IMG/VR virus record: IMGVR_UViG_3300044591_000896 | Span: 51,480-115,479 of that record | Source of the DNA: a virus | DNA length: 64,000 nucleotides | Reading direction: 5' to 3' (one strand) | Shown: in pieces, positions 1 to 8,831 of the stretch | Numbering within the stretch: the stretch's first letter is position 1 | Layout of the letters: every line of letters starts with the position of its first letter | Position numbers and translations under genes: made by a program | The notes under the pieces: generated by a model | The model's database searches: none | The model's input: the letters and a program-made list of their open reading frames with translations, nothing else | Told to the model about the DNA's origin: nothing

Positions 1-115
1 GATAGGTTGCCTGTTCTGAATCAATAGTTGATCTATTAATTACTGAATCTAGATTTAACCTAATGTCCTTAGCGTACTCTGGAAGATTTTCATTAATCTG
101 GCCAACCCAAGACAT
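1..115 (-). CDS. ahpD: Alkyl hydroperoxide reductase AhpD, N-terminal part (runs off window edge)
   Basis: Not in ORF track. ATG overlaps the ahpC stop (TAATG); translation MSWVGQINENLPEYAKDIRLNLDSVINRS matches the actinobacterial AhpD N-terminus (LPEYAKDIxLNL); ahpC-ahpD order is canonical. Confidence 0.85.
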   Translation of the reverse strand, partial: MSWVGQINENLPEYAKDIRLNLDSVINRSTIDSEQATY

Positions 116-651
116 TACAGCGTCTCCCCGCCAAGTGATCTATTGCATGCACATAGCTCACCAGTTTGAAGAGCATCTAGAACACGAAGAGTTTCATCTG
201 GATTTCTTCCTACATCTAAATTGTTTACTGTTACATGCTGGATAATATTATCTGGGTCTACAATAAATGTTGCACGATATGCTACTCCAGAAGAGTGTTG
301 AATTCCAAGGTCACCAGATAATTGATGTGCTGTATCTGCAAAGGACCAAGAATTAGTTTTCTTTAAATCTTCATGAGCATTGCGCCATGCAATTTTGCAA
401 AACTCGTTATCCACTGATCCAGTCATAAGGACTGCGTCACGGTCATTAAAATCATTTACAAGAGCATCATATGCAACAATTTCTGTTGGGCATACAAAGG
501 TAAAATCTTTTGGATAGAATGCAATAATTTTCCATTTGCCTGGAAAAGAATCTTGGTTTATTACTTCAAAAGATGAGTCGTCATAAGATAACGCTCCAGG
601 TTTAACTCCGATAACGGCAAAGTTACCAAGTTTATCTCCTATTGTTTTCAT
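115..651 (-). CDS. ahpC: Peroxiredoxin AhpC (2-Cys)
   Basis: FYPKDFTFVCPTE peroxidatic motif, GRNPDE, C-terminal LCAC. Start moved to ATG 651 (AGGAGA upstream) because the track's longer start lies inside the tRNA. Confidence 0.95.
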   Translation of the reverse strand: MKTIGDKLGNFAVIGVKPGALSYDDSSFEVINQDSFPGKWKIIAFYPKDFTFVCPTEIVAYDALVNDFNDRDAVLMTGSVDNEFCKIAWRNAHEDLKKTNSWSFADTAHQLSGDLGIQHSSGVAYRATFIVDPDNIIQHVTVNNLDVGRNPDETLRVLDALQTGELCACNRSLGGETL

Positions 652-686
652 GTTTCTCCTTATATATAAGTGATACAAACGTATCG

Positions 687-758
687 CACCCCTGGCTGGA
701 ATCGAACCAGCGACCAACAGATTAGAAGTCTGTTGCTCTTCCGCTGAGCTACAGAGGT
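687..758 (-). tRNA. tRNA-Arg(UCU)
   Basis: Cloverleaf: acceptor ACCTCTG/CAGGGGT, D arm GCTC/GAGC, anticodon arm ACAGA-CTTCTAA-TCTGT, T arm GCTGG-TTCGATT-CCAGC; CCA not encoded. Confidence 0.93.
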
Positions 759-761
759 ATT

Positions 762-1067
762 TTATTGATCTTCTTCGTCTTGATTCATTTCTACTAATCC
801 CAGGGTCTTTGCCATCTCTTCTCCTTCTGGACTTAGCGAAAAAGTTGCTTCTAAATTTTCATCATATGAAACATTTAAAAATCCACTTTCAAATAACTTT
901 AGCATTGCATCATCAATATACTCTGTGTGCGCTTTCCATAACTCAGGCGCAATATCTTTGGCCTTTTCTGTTATCAGAAAAATAAACTCTCCGTCTTCGT
1001 CAATGCCTTCAACTGAAACAGCACCGATTTCTATGTAGTACTCTATATCTTTCACATATTCTCCCAT
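762..1067 (-). CDS. Hypothetical acidic protein
   Basis: ORF filling the gap between two tRNAs; ATG at 1067 begins 2 nt downstream of the tRNA discriminator base. Confidence 0.7.
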   Translation of the reverse strand: MGEYVKDIEYYIEIGAVSVEGIDEDGEFIFLITEKAKDIAPELWKAHTEYIDDAMLKLFESGFLNVSYDENLEATFSLSPEGEEMAKTLGLVEMNQDEEDQ

Positions 1068-1068
1068 G

Positions 1069-1142
1069 TGCAACAGGTAGGACTCGAACCTACGATTACC
1101 GAATTATGAGTTCGGGGCTTTAACCAACTAAGCTACTGTTGC
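1069..1142 (-). tRNA. tRNA with CAU anticodon (elongator Met or lysidine-modified Ile2)
   Basis: Acceptor GCAACAG/CTGTTGC, anticodon arm CCGAA-CTCATAA-TTCGG, T arm GTAGG-TTCGAGT-CCTAC; paired 1:72 and no triple G-C anticodon stem, so not an initiator. Confidence 0.9.
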
Positions 1143-1151
1143 CTAGTTGCA

Positions 1152-1157
1152 ATTATA
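1152..1157 (-). promoter_or_regulatory. -10 box (TATAAT) in front of the CAU tRNA
   Basis: Perfect TATAAT 9 nt upstream of the tRNA 5' end. Confidence 0.5.
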
Positions 1158-1401
1158 GTATAACCTTATCGTTATTGTCAATGGTTTTTTCAACTATCTG
1201 CTGCACGTATTCTGAAAAATGTTTTCTTATTTTTCCAGGTGGCCTTGATCCAATAGAGTTCCAAACTCTAGTGTATTCCATTATATTGGCAAATGTAGTT
1301 GGGCATACAACTATGCCATTAAACTCTCTCAATACAGTTGGAAGTGGAACATGCTTGCCACAGCACTTACACTCTTTAGCTTTATCTTGATATTCACTCA
1401 T
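1153..1401 (-). CDS. Hypothetical small Cys-containing protein
   Basis: CKCC...C motif; ATGA overlap with the terminase stop. Confidence 0.7.
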   Translation of the reverse strand: MSEYQDKAKECKCCGKHVPLPTVLREFNGIVVCPTTFANIMEYTRVWNSIGSRPPGKIRKHFSEYVQQIVEKTIDNNDKVIL

Positions 1402-3197
1402 ATTATTTGCATCCTGTCCATTGCTTCTCTTAAATCTTGTGGCATTCTTGGTGCCCTAATCATATTAGTTGATGTTACATCTGGGTTATCTCTACTAAAA
1501 TCATCATGTATTGACATTGACTCATATGTATGAATGTTTATTTCATTATTCATGTCTGGCCTTGTTCTACTAATTGAATTAAATATAGATCCACAGACTG
1601 CATCCGCCAAGTCTTTAGAACCTTTTCGTGGGTGATCAACCTTATCACGCATAATTTTTAACTGCAACAATTCATCAATTAGAAGTGGTATATATGGACC
1701 ATTGAGTCTTTCTTCTAATACAACCATAGCCATATCGTCATAATGCTTTTTAGCCACCGACAAAATTTCAGTATTAATTCCATATTGCTTTAGCTGCTGC
1801 ATCATATCATGCGAGTTCCATCGGTCAAATGTACACACTCCTATATTAAACCCACGTGTTTTAAGTGCAAGTATATAGTCTTTAACCTCAGTAAAATCAA
1901 CAGACTTATCAGGCGTAGGTGTCCAGTATCTAACTGCATCTACACTAACAATTGGTGCTGGCTGAGAGTACTCGTTTGTAACTCTAACATTAACCCATCT
2001 TTCAACATGTGCTAGCGAGACTGCACAGTGGTCGTGCTTTTGTGCAAGGTCAACGTGTATAAAGTATCTTGTATCTTCTTTTGGTTTAAACCATTCTTCT
2101 AATCTACCAAAGCTATCTACAGAAAGAGCAGTATTATTAAATGCCTTCTCTACCTTTTCACGTGACTTAAAGAAAGCATCTACCATCTCTGGTGGCATGC
2201 AAGCAAATCTACCAAGAGCGTCTAACGAATTCTTGTAGAAGTCTACCTTAAAATCTTCAATCTTTTTAGTTGGGTTGACTTCCCATGTTGGCCTCTTTAA
2301 AGCATATGTCTTAGGATACAGATAAGATATGATGTGGTCTTCTTCCCAATCAATAGTTATCTCATTACCATCAGTTCCGTCTGGGAGATCATCGTCCATC
2401 TTAAGAGTCTTTGTTCTAATAATAGTTTCTTTTTCTCCAATAACAGACTCATAGAATTTTTGTATTGGATCATTTTTGAAACGGGGGAATGAAAGTAAAA
2501 TTACTTTTCCATAGTCTGGGAAACGGGACATCACAGATGCACGGTACATGTCATATATAGCATCAGCTGTCTTAGCCTGGTCATGTCCTGTTGTATTTTC
2601 CATGGCAAAACCAGAGATCTCATCAAGGATAACAGTTATAACGTTGTATCCTTCCCATGCTTCTCTTTGAGAGTGGCCTGAGTATACATTTACATTCTTA
2701 TCAAATTTAATTTCAGATGCTTTAGGCTCATATTTTCCAGCAAACCATGGGGACAATTCAATTCTTGTCTTAAATCCTTTAAAGAAAACATTGTTTGCCT
2801 GCTGTGCGTTAATAGCAATATTTAGGATATCAATTGTGTCACCTGGTGGCTTACCATAGTATGTTGCTGGATCTTTTAGACATAGCAATAAATAAACTTG
2901 ATAGGCAACTGAAATCGTAGCAGTGTAGTCTTTACCAGAACCTTTACCTAGCTGTGCAATTACTTCATTGCATGTCTGCTTAAATCTTAGCTTTCCATCC
3001 TCTTCGCCAAAAAGCTTTATTAGAGTGGACTCTTTATATATCTGGGAAGACTTTTCAATAAGCGTATACTGTAGTTCAGATAATTGTGGCAGCCCTAAAT
3101 AATTTGGATCAGTAACAAATGTTTGTAGGTCTACTGGACGCTCTTCAAATTCTTCTCCGTCAAGTATGTCAATTAAATCTGAAAAATCAAACGACAT
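1398..3197 (-). CDS. terL: Terminase large subunit
   Basis: Walker A GKGSGKD, Walker B VILDE, C-terminal RNase H-like nuclease (HVDLA, FDRW, KDLADA). Confidence 0.92.
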   Translation of the reverse strand: MSFDFSDLIDILDGEEFEERPVDLQTFVTDPNYLGLPQLSELQYTLIEKSSQIYKESTLIKLFGEEDGKLRFKQTCNEVIAQLGKGSGKDYTATISVAYQVYLLLCLKDPATYYGKPPGDTIDILNIAINAQQANNVFFKGFKTRIELSPWFAGKYEPKASEIKFDKNVNVYSGHSQREAWEGYNVITVILDEISGFAMENTTGHDQAKTADAIYDMYRASVMSRFPDYGKVILLSFPRFKNDPIQKFYESVIGEKETIIRTKTLKMDDDLPDGTDGNEITIDWEEDHIISYLYPKTYALKRPTWEVNPTKKIEDFKVDFYKNSLDALGRFACMPPEMVDAFFKSREKVEKAFNNTALSVDSFGRLEEWFKPKEDTRYFIHVDLAQKHDHCAVSLAHVERWVNVRVTNEYSQPAPIVSVDAVRYWTPTPDKSVDFTEVKDYILALKTRGFNIGVCTFDRWNSHDMMQQLKQYGINTEILSVAKKHYDDMAMVVLEERLNGPYIPLLIDELLQLKIMRDKVDHPRKGSKDLADAVCGSIFNSISRTRPDMNNEINIHTYESMSIHDDFSRDNPDVTSTNMIRAPRMPQDLREAMDRMQII

Positions 3198-3723
3198 CTG
3201 CGTCCTGAATTACTATTGCCTCCACTACGCCAGTAATCTGGGATAGCCTTTTTGCAACATCCATTTTACACTTAGGACAAGATGCAGTTACTTCTTTTAA
3301 TATACCTACTAGTATTTCTTGCTTACGTTCTGTCTCTGCAATTTGTGATGCTATCTGTGTATTCTCTAGAACTCCAACAGATTGAAGCATGGCTATTCTT
3401 TTAGTCTCTATATCTGCAATTAGTTTTAGTGCTCCCGCCTTAACACTAAGCTGCCCGCTTTGATCTGCGTCTTCTACGGTCTTCCAGGCCTCTTTAATAA
3501 GCATTGCATAGTGTTGGTCAGCACCAGAGATTGCTTCTCTTGCTCTATCTCTTATATTAGAATCATTGTGTACGACTGTCTTCCACTCATCAATAAACTC
3601 TAGGACTTCTTTTCTAGAAAATCCTGTAGCTGCTGCTATCTGCGTGGCTGAATTTCCCTTGAGTAATTCCTCAACGACTTTATTCATTCGGTCAAAATGT
3701 ACTGCTGGCTCTATATCGCTCAT
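3187..3723 (-). CDS. HTH protein, probable terminase small subunit
   Basis: N-terminal HTH (SATQIAAATGFSRKEV), helical body, directly upstream of terL. Confidence 0.6.
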   Translation of the reverse strand: MSDIEPAVHFDRMNKVVEELLKGNSATQIAAATGFSRKEVLEFIDEWKTVVHNDSNIRDRAREAISGADQHYAMLIKEAWKTVEDADQSGQLSVKAGALKLIADIETKRIAMLQSVGVLENTQIASQIAETERKQEILVGILKEVTASCPKCKMDVAKRLSQITGVVEAIVIQDADVV

Positions 3724-3729
3724 GATACT

Positions 3730-3735
3730 ATTATA
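3730..3735 (-). promoter_or_regulatory. -10 box of a probable leaderless promoter
   Basis: TATAAT 6 nt before ATG 3723, no room for a Shine-Dalgarno. Confidence 0.6.
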
Positions 3736-3738
3736 CTT

Positions 3739-4083
3739 CTAGTCGACTGAAATGGCAACCTGAGACATGGCTATTCTTAATAACACCAGGTATCCAATTA
3801 AATCATCAACATCATTATCTCCAGCATACCCCTGTGAGTTCTTAATCCTATTTAATTTATCATCAATGCGAACCTTTAATTGCTCTACTGAATCTGACTG
3901 TGCAAATAATCTCATTGGATTTAAAGCAGAATCTCCGTATGATACATTTTTTTTAATTAACATCTCAGCAATATCAAGACATTCATTCATAATTTTATTT
4001 CCTGATGGTGCATCTGTAGCTAACAACTGCAGGTCTGTAACCCACATTTGAAAACCCTTTTCTCTTTCTGGATAACCCGCCAT
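3739..4083 (-). CDS. DUF1599 / nucleotide-modification-associated domain protein
   Basis: KKNVSYGDS...RIDDKLNRI...DDLIGYLVL pattern typical of this all-alpha family. Confidence 0.7.
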   Translation of the reverse strand: MAGYPEREKGFQMWVTDLQLLATDAPSGNKIMNECLDIAEMLIKKNVSYGDSALNPMRLFAQSDSVEQLKVRIDDKLNRIKNSQGYAGDNDVDDLIGYLVLLRIAMSQVAISVD

Positions 4084-4742
4084 TATTCCATCTCCTTATA
4101 TAGTCTCTTTAGTCCCTTTAGTGTTCCAATATCCATATATTGTCCACCTGGCTTTACTGCACGAACATCTAAATTCATATCGATCCATTCCTGTATTTGT
4201 TTTCCTGGGTGGTCCAACGATGAATCAACATATCTTATCAAATTTTTTCTAAATAGCATAGTGCCCCACATGTAAGAATAATCGCAATCATCTACTTTAT
4301 CTTTAGAGTAAACTACTTTATCTCCAGATAAATGTATCTGGCCTACCCTGCCCTTAAGATCTTCAGTGCATTCCCATGCACCTAGCACTAGGTCTCCGCT
4401 AGACTTAACCATTTCTTTATATATATTATTTGGTGATCCTAATATAAATGTATCTGGCATGCCTATAAGTACGGTGTCATTGCTTTCGCCAACCATAAAG
4501 TTTACAGCATCAGACATTGTTGATGGCTCACGAACTATAAGTTTAATATTCATATCCATATTTTGAATGATTGGAACCCATTCTGCTCTTGTAGATATTC
4601 TTACTTCATCACAAACTTCAAGCATTTGCTCTACATGCCATTGTATTAATGATCTCTCATCTGATATAGGCAGGCAAAACTTTGGTATGCCCCCAACTCT
4701 AGAAGCCTTTCCAGATGCTGGCAGTAGCCCTATCGTAGCCAT
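4083..4742 (-). CDS. Sugar-phosphate nucleotidyltransferase (RmlA/GlmU-like fold)
   Basis: LLPASGKASRVGGIPKFCLP signature; C-terminal YMDIGT. Confidence 0.85.
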   Translation of the reverse strand: MATIGLLPASGKASRVGGIPKFCLPISDERSLIQWHVEQMLEVCDEVRISTRAEWVPIIQNMDMNIKLIVREPSTMSDAVNFMVGESNDTVLIGMPDTFILGSPNNIYKEMVKSSGDLVLGAWECTEDLKGRVGQIHLSGDKVVYSKDKVDDCDYSYMWGTMLFRKNLIRYVDSSLDHPGKQIQEWIDMNLDVRAVKPGGQYMDIGTLKGLKRLYKEME

Positions 4743-5371
4743 TCTTGTGACCTTCTTCTATTTAAAGACCAATCATTTGTTAATTGAAAATTGTTTTCAG
4801 CTTTAAAATCATAGTACTCTTTATTCTTTAAAAATGTTTCATCATTTCTATTTCTTAAACTTGAGTCACTATTAATAGTTTGGCTTCCTGAAGATGGCTT
4901 TGTTTTTATTGATGTTGTTACAATGGTTCCTTCTGGACAAAACCTTGAAACTCTTTCATGAAAATCATTATCCTCAAAATATATTGGATAAAAGTATTCA
5001 TCAAAAAGCCCCACCTCTTCAATAACATTTTCACCAACAGAAAAACACCCATAGGCATCATCTGTTAAAACAACTTTATCTGGCCCACTTGTCTCATCTA
5101 TTTCTTTTAAAGAGTTCTCTCCCCAAATTGTGTCAGCTGATGCAAATAGCCAATACTTTGAATGTGGGTAAAGTTTTATACCTAAATTCCATGATGCAGA
5201 CATTCCTAAATTAGCTGGCATATTTAGAACAGTTACCTTCTTGTCTGTCTTGTATCCGTTACCATTATCTATAACCAATATATTATCTACTGGGTAGTTT
5301 ATATTATCTAGCATGCTATCTAGAAGATCATACCTATTTAATGTAGGTATGATTATTACTGGTATGCTCAT
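4730..5371 (-). CDS. Glycosyltransferase family 2
   Basis: IIIPTLNR, VIDNG, NLGMSASWNLG, GLFDE...YFEDNDF motifs. Confidence 0.85.
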   Translation of the reverse strand: MSIPVIIIPTLNRYDLLDSMLDNINYPVDNILVIDNGNGYKTDKKVTVLNMPANLGMSASWNLGIKLYPHSKYWLFASADTIWGENSLKEIDETSGPDKVVLTDDAYGCFSVGENVIEEVGLFDEYFYPIYFEDNDFHERVSRFCPEGTIVTTSIKTKPSSGSQTINSDSSLRNRNDETFLKNKEYYDFKAENNFQLTNDWSLNRRRSQEWLR

Positions 5372-5514
5372 CTTTTTTTAATTAATCCAAACTGCTCTAG
5401 GTATCTTTGTATGGTCATAGCAGATACTTGACACTCTTTTCCAATTTCAGTGACTGTCTTTCTTTGAACTACATATCTTCTATACAGCCACTCTTTACTT
5501 TGGTAAAGCTTCAC
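5368..5514 (-). CDS. Small HTH DNA-binding protein (48 aa)
   Basis: Below track cut-off; MKLYQSKEWLYRRYVVQRKTVTEIGKECQVSAMTIQRYLEQFGLIKKR; overlaps both neighbours by 4 nt. Confidence 0.75.
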   Translation of the reverse strand: MKLYQSKEWLYRRYVVQRKTVTEIGKECQVSAMTIQRYLEQFGLIKKR

Positions 5515-6104
5515 ATCGTGTTCCATTTAAAATGCTGTCTGTAATCTGTGTAACCAATAGCGCTTCTATCAACCCACCAGTCTTCATGGAAATCTCTAAC
5601 CACAAGAGCATATCCAAGTGAATCAAGTATCTGTCTTTGTGCATCACGCATAGCTATATTATTTAAAACTAAATTAGCATCATGCTCAAATGTTATTACT
5701 GTAAATCTATACTGGTTTAATGGTACTGCTAATAAGCCATGTAAAGATAGGTATGGGTTGCCAACGGCATAGCCCTTTGGATCATACCCGCCATCAATAT
5801 CTACCTGTAGGTAGTCTATCTGCTTTGGGAAATTGTTCTCTTCAAAATAATTAATATAATTAAACTGAGTAGCATCTCCAAGGATACATGGGTTCTTTCT
5901 ATTTTCTGATACCTCTTTGTGAAATTCTGGAACTATCTCAAAAGAAACGCCCTTCCAGTCAAACTCATTTTCTAGTCTATAGGTATTGCTTCCATTCTTA
6001 GAATGAAATGCTCCTAGCTCTACATAATATCCTTCTTTTTTATTGTCAAGTAAGCTTAAAACAAATTCTTCTTGAGCACTCTTCTCTTGCCAGTCTGGAC
6101 TCAT
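5511..6104 (-). CDS. FkbM-like SAM-dependent methyltransferase
   Basis: YYVELGAF...SNT...WKGVSFE, IDYLQVDIDG, VITFEH. Confidence 0.75.
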   Translation of the reverse strand: MSPDWQEKSAQEEFVLSLLDNKKEGYYVELGAFHSKNGSNTYRLENEFDWKGVSFEIVPEFHKEVSENRKNPCILGDATQFNYINYFEENNFPKQIDYLQVDIDGGYDPKGYAVGNPYLSLHGLLAVPLNQYRFTVITFEHDANLVLNNIAMRDAQRQILDSLGYALVVRDFHEDWWVDRSAIGYTDYRQHFKWNTM

Positions 6105-6667
6105 CGTTTAGTTAACACCTCATTGGAATAATGTGCAATGCCGAATGCATCTGCAACATCAAAATCATTTAAATTTAAACCATACATCTTATTAAAATAA
6201 TCAACAGTCCTTTGCTTACGCATATTTCTTAATTGATTTTTGTACCAAGAGTCAGCATAACCTGGATTCTTAGTACGGATTGCTTCCTTCTCAGCTTTTG
6301 TTGGGTTCTTATTCCCAATATGCGCCTGCCATGAGCTGGGTGGTATTGTTATAACTTTTGCCCCCGTGGACATAAGCTCTGCAATTACAACTCCATACAC
6401 ATAAGACAATTTTATCACAGCATCTGGTGATCTGACAAGTATGGCGCCCTCAACAACTATATAATCTGATTTAAGTTCCTCTAACATAACAGACATTTTC
6501 TTTTTAGCATCATATATTTTTTCATATATATCCATGCCAGCAAGATCAATCTTTCCCCACTTTAATGGCTTGTTGCCTTCCATTAGGCAAAAAGCAATAG
6601 AGTTTGTTGACGCATCTATCCCAAGGACACGGTGCGCTTTTGTCTTTACAAGGCTACTTAATTTCAT
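6101..6667 (-). CDS. ruvC: RuvC-like Holliday junction resolvase
   Basis: VLGIDAS, VVEG, DVADAFGIA catalytic acidic residues. Confidence 0.85.
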   Translation of the reverse strand: MKLSSLVKTKAHRVLGIDASTNSIAFCLMEGNKPLKWGKIDLAGMDIYEKIYDAKKKMSVMLEELKSDYIVVEGAILVRSPDAVIKLSYVYGVVIAELMSTGAKVITIPPSSWQAHIGNKNPTKAEKEAIRTKNPGYADSWYKNQLRNMRKQRTVDYFNKMYGLNLNDFDVADAFGIAHYSNEVLTKR

Positions 6668-6929
6668 CTATAATTTCCTGAAGCAGGCTCTTGGTTCTGC
6701 TTCTTTTCTTTTCGCAATGGGCGCATATAGTATCAGTGTTGTACCTGCTTAGCTTAGCCTTACATTTAGAACACTGCCTAACAGATCCATTTTTAATTGC
6801 TTTTCTTTCATAATATTTTTCCATTATCCTTCTGTTTGTTGCAACTCTGCAACACTCATCAGTACAATATTTTTGATTATGAGTCTTGGGATCAAAATCT
6901 TTTGCACACTCTTTATTTGAACATATCAT
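6654..6929 (-). CDS. Hypothetical Zn-binding protein
   Basis: Multiple CxxC/CxxxC pairs. Confidence 0.65.
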   Translation of the reverse strand: MICSNKECAKDFDPKTHNQKYCTDECCRVATNRRIMEKYYERKAIKNGSVRQCSKCKAKLSRYNTDTICAHCEKKRSRTKSLLQEIIDEIK

Positions 6930-7717
6930 AATTTTGGTACGCTATACATTTCTATCTGAACAGTTCCTACTGGACCAGACTTATCGTAGCATGCTTTCTT
7001 GACAGGGCAATATGTACATGGCATTTTAGATTTAGTAGCACCAGCAGGTCTCATTGGCAAATCTCCATTTTGGAAATTATCCCAAACTTCTTGCATCCAC
7101 AAGAATGTATCTTCAATTATCTTCTTGTTCTTATCATTCATTGATACTGGAATAATCAAAACTTCTTGTGTATTTTTATTCTCGTATAGGAAGAAGCCTT
7201 CTTTGGCATTCTTTAATTTCATGTATGTAAGTAACTGTAGCATGTGGTTTGGTGAAGACTTCATCTCTGACTGCCTTGTATCCCATACCTCCTGCTTAGC
7301 CGTCTTGATTTCACCAATAACGGTTTCACCATCGTACTCCATGATCAAGTCAATAAAGCCACGGATAGGTGGGTACTCATTGGTAATCTCTTCTTCTTCT
7401 GCAACAAACTGAGGCATTGTGGAAATAAGCTTTTGTAGTCTTTCGTGGGCCTGTGTTCCCTGGGCCATGTTTGCAACAGCAACAGCATCATTATCATCAA
7501 TGAACATTGCTCCGCTAAATGCCATATACCAATATCTTGGGCATGTTCCATGTCCGTACCCTAAAGAGCTTGGGCTAAATGACTTCTTTGTCATGTCTCC
7601 GTCAGCACGTTTAGTATTACGATATGACTCATCAAGCAGTTGGGCAAATAGCTCTGGATCAAAATGCTTACCCGTATGCTTCTTAAACTTTAAATTTTTT
7701 ACAATGTCTCTTGCCAT
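6926..7717 (-). CDS. Cas4-like PD-(D/E)XK exonuclease
   Basis: N-terminal CPR plus C-terminal CTYCPVKKAC Fe-S ligands; GFID...EIKT and QLLTY motifs. Confidence 0.85.
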   Translation of the reverse strand: MARDIVKNLKFKKHTGKHFDPELFAQLLDESYRNTKRADGDMTKKSFSPSSLGYGHGTCPRYWYMAFSGAMFIDDNDAVAVANMAQGTQAHERLQKLISTMPQFVAEEEEITNEYPPIRGFIDLIMEYDGETVIGEIKTAKQEVWDTRQSEMKSSPNHMLQLLTYMKLKNAKEGFFLYENKNTQEVLIIPVSMNDKNKKIIEDTFLWMQEVWDNFQNGDLPMRPAGATKSKMPCTYCPVKKACYDKSGPVGTVQIEMYSVPKL

Positions 7718-8056
7718 TTATGAATTATACCTAACGACATACTTAAGTGCATCTACAAGTTTGTCTATGGACTCCTTTACTGAATAGTAAATGTTCTTCT
7801 TATTGTTATTGGCTGTTCCAGCCTTGTCTTTTGCAATTGTTGAATATACAGATGCAAGAACAGCAAACTTAGTTGACATTGCCTGTAGCTCCATAATTAA
7901 ATGTGGTGCCTTTGCTGAAGGAACATCTGGGTTCATTAACAATTTTACCACAATAGCAAGAGCTTTATCCAAGTGTTCATCCTGCATGAACTCATGGAGA
8001 TCATTAAACTCTGTTATATCGCTTATAAGCTCTAATGTATTCTTATCCTCTGCCAT
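7718..8056 (-). CDS. Hypothetical protein
   Basis: Tightly packed ORF with no recognisable motif. Confidence 0.7.
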   Translation of the reverse strand: MAEDKNTLELISDITEFNDLHEFMQDEHLDKALAIVVKLLMNPDVPSAKAPHLIMELQAMSTKFAVLASVYSTIAKDKAGTANNNKKNIYYSVKESIDKLVDALKYVVRYNS

Positions 8057-8147
8057 CTTTTTCCCTCTTATCTAATTTGTCAATAAATAAACCAAGGCCG
8101 TAACCAATAATAAATCCAATTGCCGCCCCACAAATAAAAGAAATCAC
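8043..8147 (-). CDS. Small membrane protein (34 aa)
   Basis: Below track cut-off; MISFICGAAIGFIIGYGLGLFIDKLDKREKDGRG fills the gap exactly; one hydrophobic helix and a charged tail. Confidence 0.55.
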   Translation of the reverse strand: MISFICGAAIGFIIGYGLGLFIDKLDKREKDGRG

Positions 8148-8533
8148 TAGAAAGGAACCTCTGCGTTCATGTCCCAGCTTGCGCCAGATGAAATCTTCTC
8201 ACGTGAAACAGACCATGGAGTCAAGCCAATGCTAGTGGCTTTAATTTCGTAGCTATTTTTAGCTTGCCCTGTCTCTTTATCTTTCCATGTTTCTTCATAG
8301 ATCACACCAGAAATAGTAACCTCTTGTCCCTTCTTAAGGACGTCTTTAGCTTGCTCTGCAAGTCTATTCCAAACCTTAACTGTCCACCAAGAAGTTGGTC
8401 CATCTTTCCATTCTCCTGTAGAGTCATCTCTAATGCGGTCATTGGTTGCAACTCTTAATCTTAATCCGCCATTGCCAAGAACAACTGGATCTTGTCCAAT
8501 CTTACCTACCAAATTAATATCTGGATTACTCAT
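8147..8533 (-). CDS. ssb: Bacterial-type single-stranded DNA-binding protein
   Basis: LVGKIGQDP, WWTVKVWNRLAE, LKKGQEVTISG; C-terminal EVPF tip. Confidence 0.88.
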   Translation of the reverse strand: MSNPDINLVGKIGQDPVVLGNGGLRLRVATNDRIRDDSTGEWKDGPTSWWTVKVWNRLAEQAKDVLKKGQEVTISGVIYEETWKDKETGQAKNSYEIKATSIGLTPWSVSREKISSGASWDMNAEVPF

Positions 8534-8831
8534 GATTTTCCTCCCAAAACGATATCAGTTCTTCTAATACCGTCCATTCAATGATTCCAAGACGAACCTT
8601 AGAATCAGTTCCTATAATTATTTTTAACGCTGGGTGCATATCTCTACTTACTTTAAATGTATCAGTGCATATCTTAGACCACACTGGTTTGTTTAAAGTA
8701 AAAGAAGAAGATGCTTCTTTGTAATCAACAAGGAACTGATTCCATTTGGCATCACCCTTTTGATAATCTCCACGTCCACTATTCTTCTGTGCTCTTGCAC
8801 CATCTCTTTTGACTTCTGATCTTTCTGACAC
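8526..8831 (-). CDS. Hjc-like PD-(D/E)XK nuclease/resolvase
   Basis: E...NSGRG...KGDA...LVDYKE pattern. Confidence 0.65.
   Translation of the reverse strand: MSERSEVKRDGARAQKNSGRGDYQKGDAKWNQFLVDYKEASSSFTLNKPVWSKICTDTFKVSRDMHPALKIIIGTDSKVRLGIIEWTVLEELISFWEENHE

Noticed and set aside
6926-7717. Cas4-like gene as a sign of CRISPR-Cas
   Set aside because: No other cas genes or repeat-spacer array; stand-alone Cas4-like nucleases are common in phage recombination modules.
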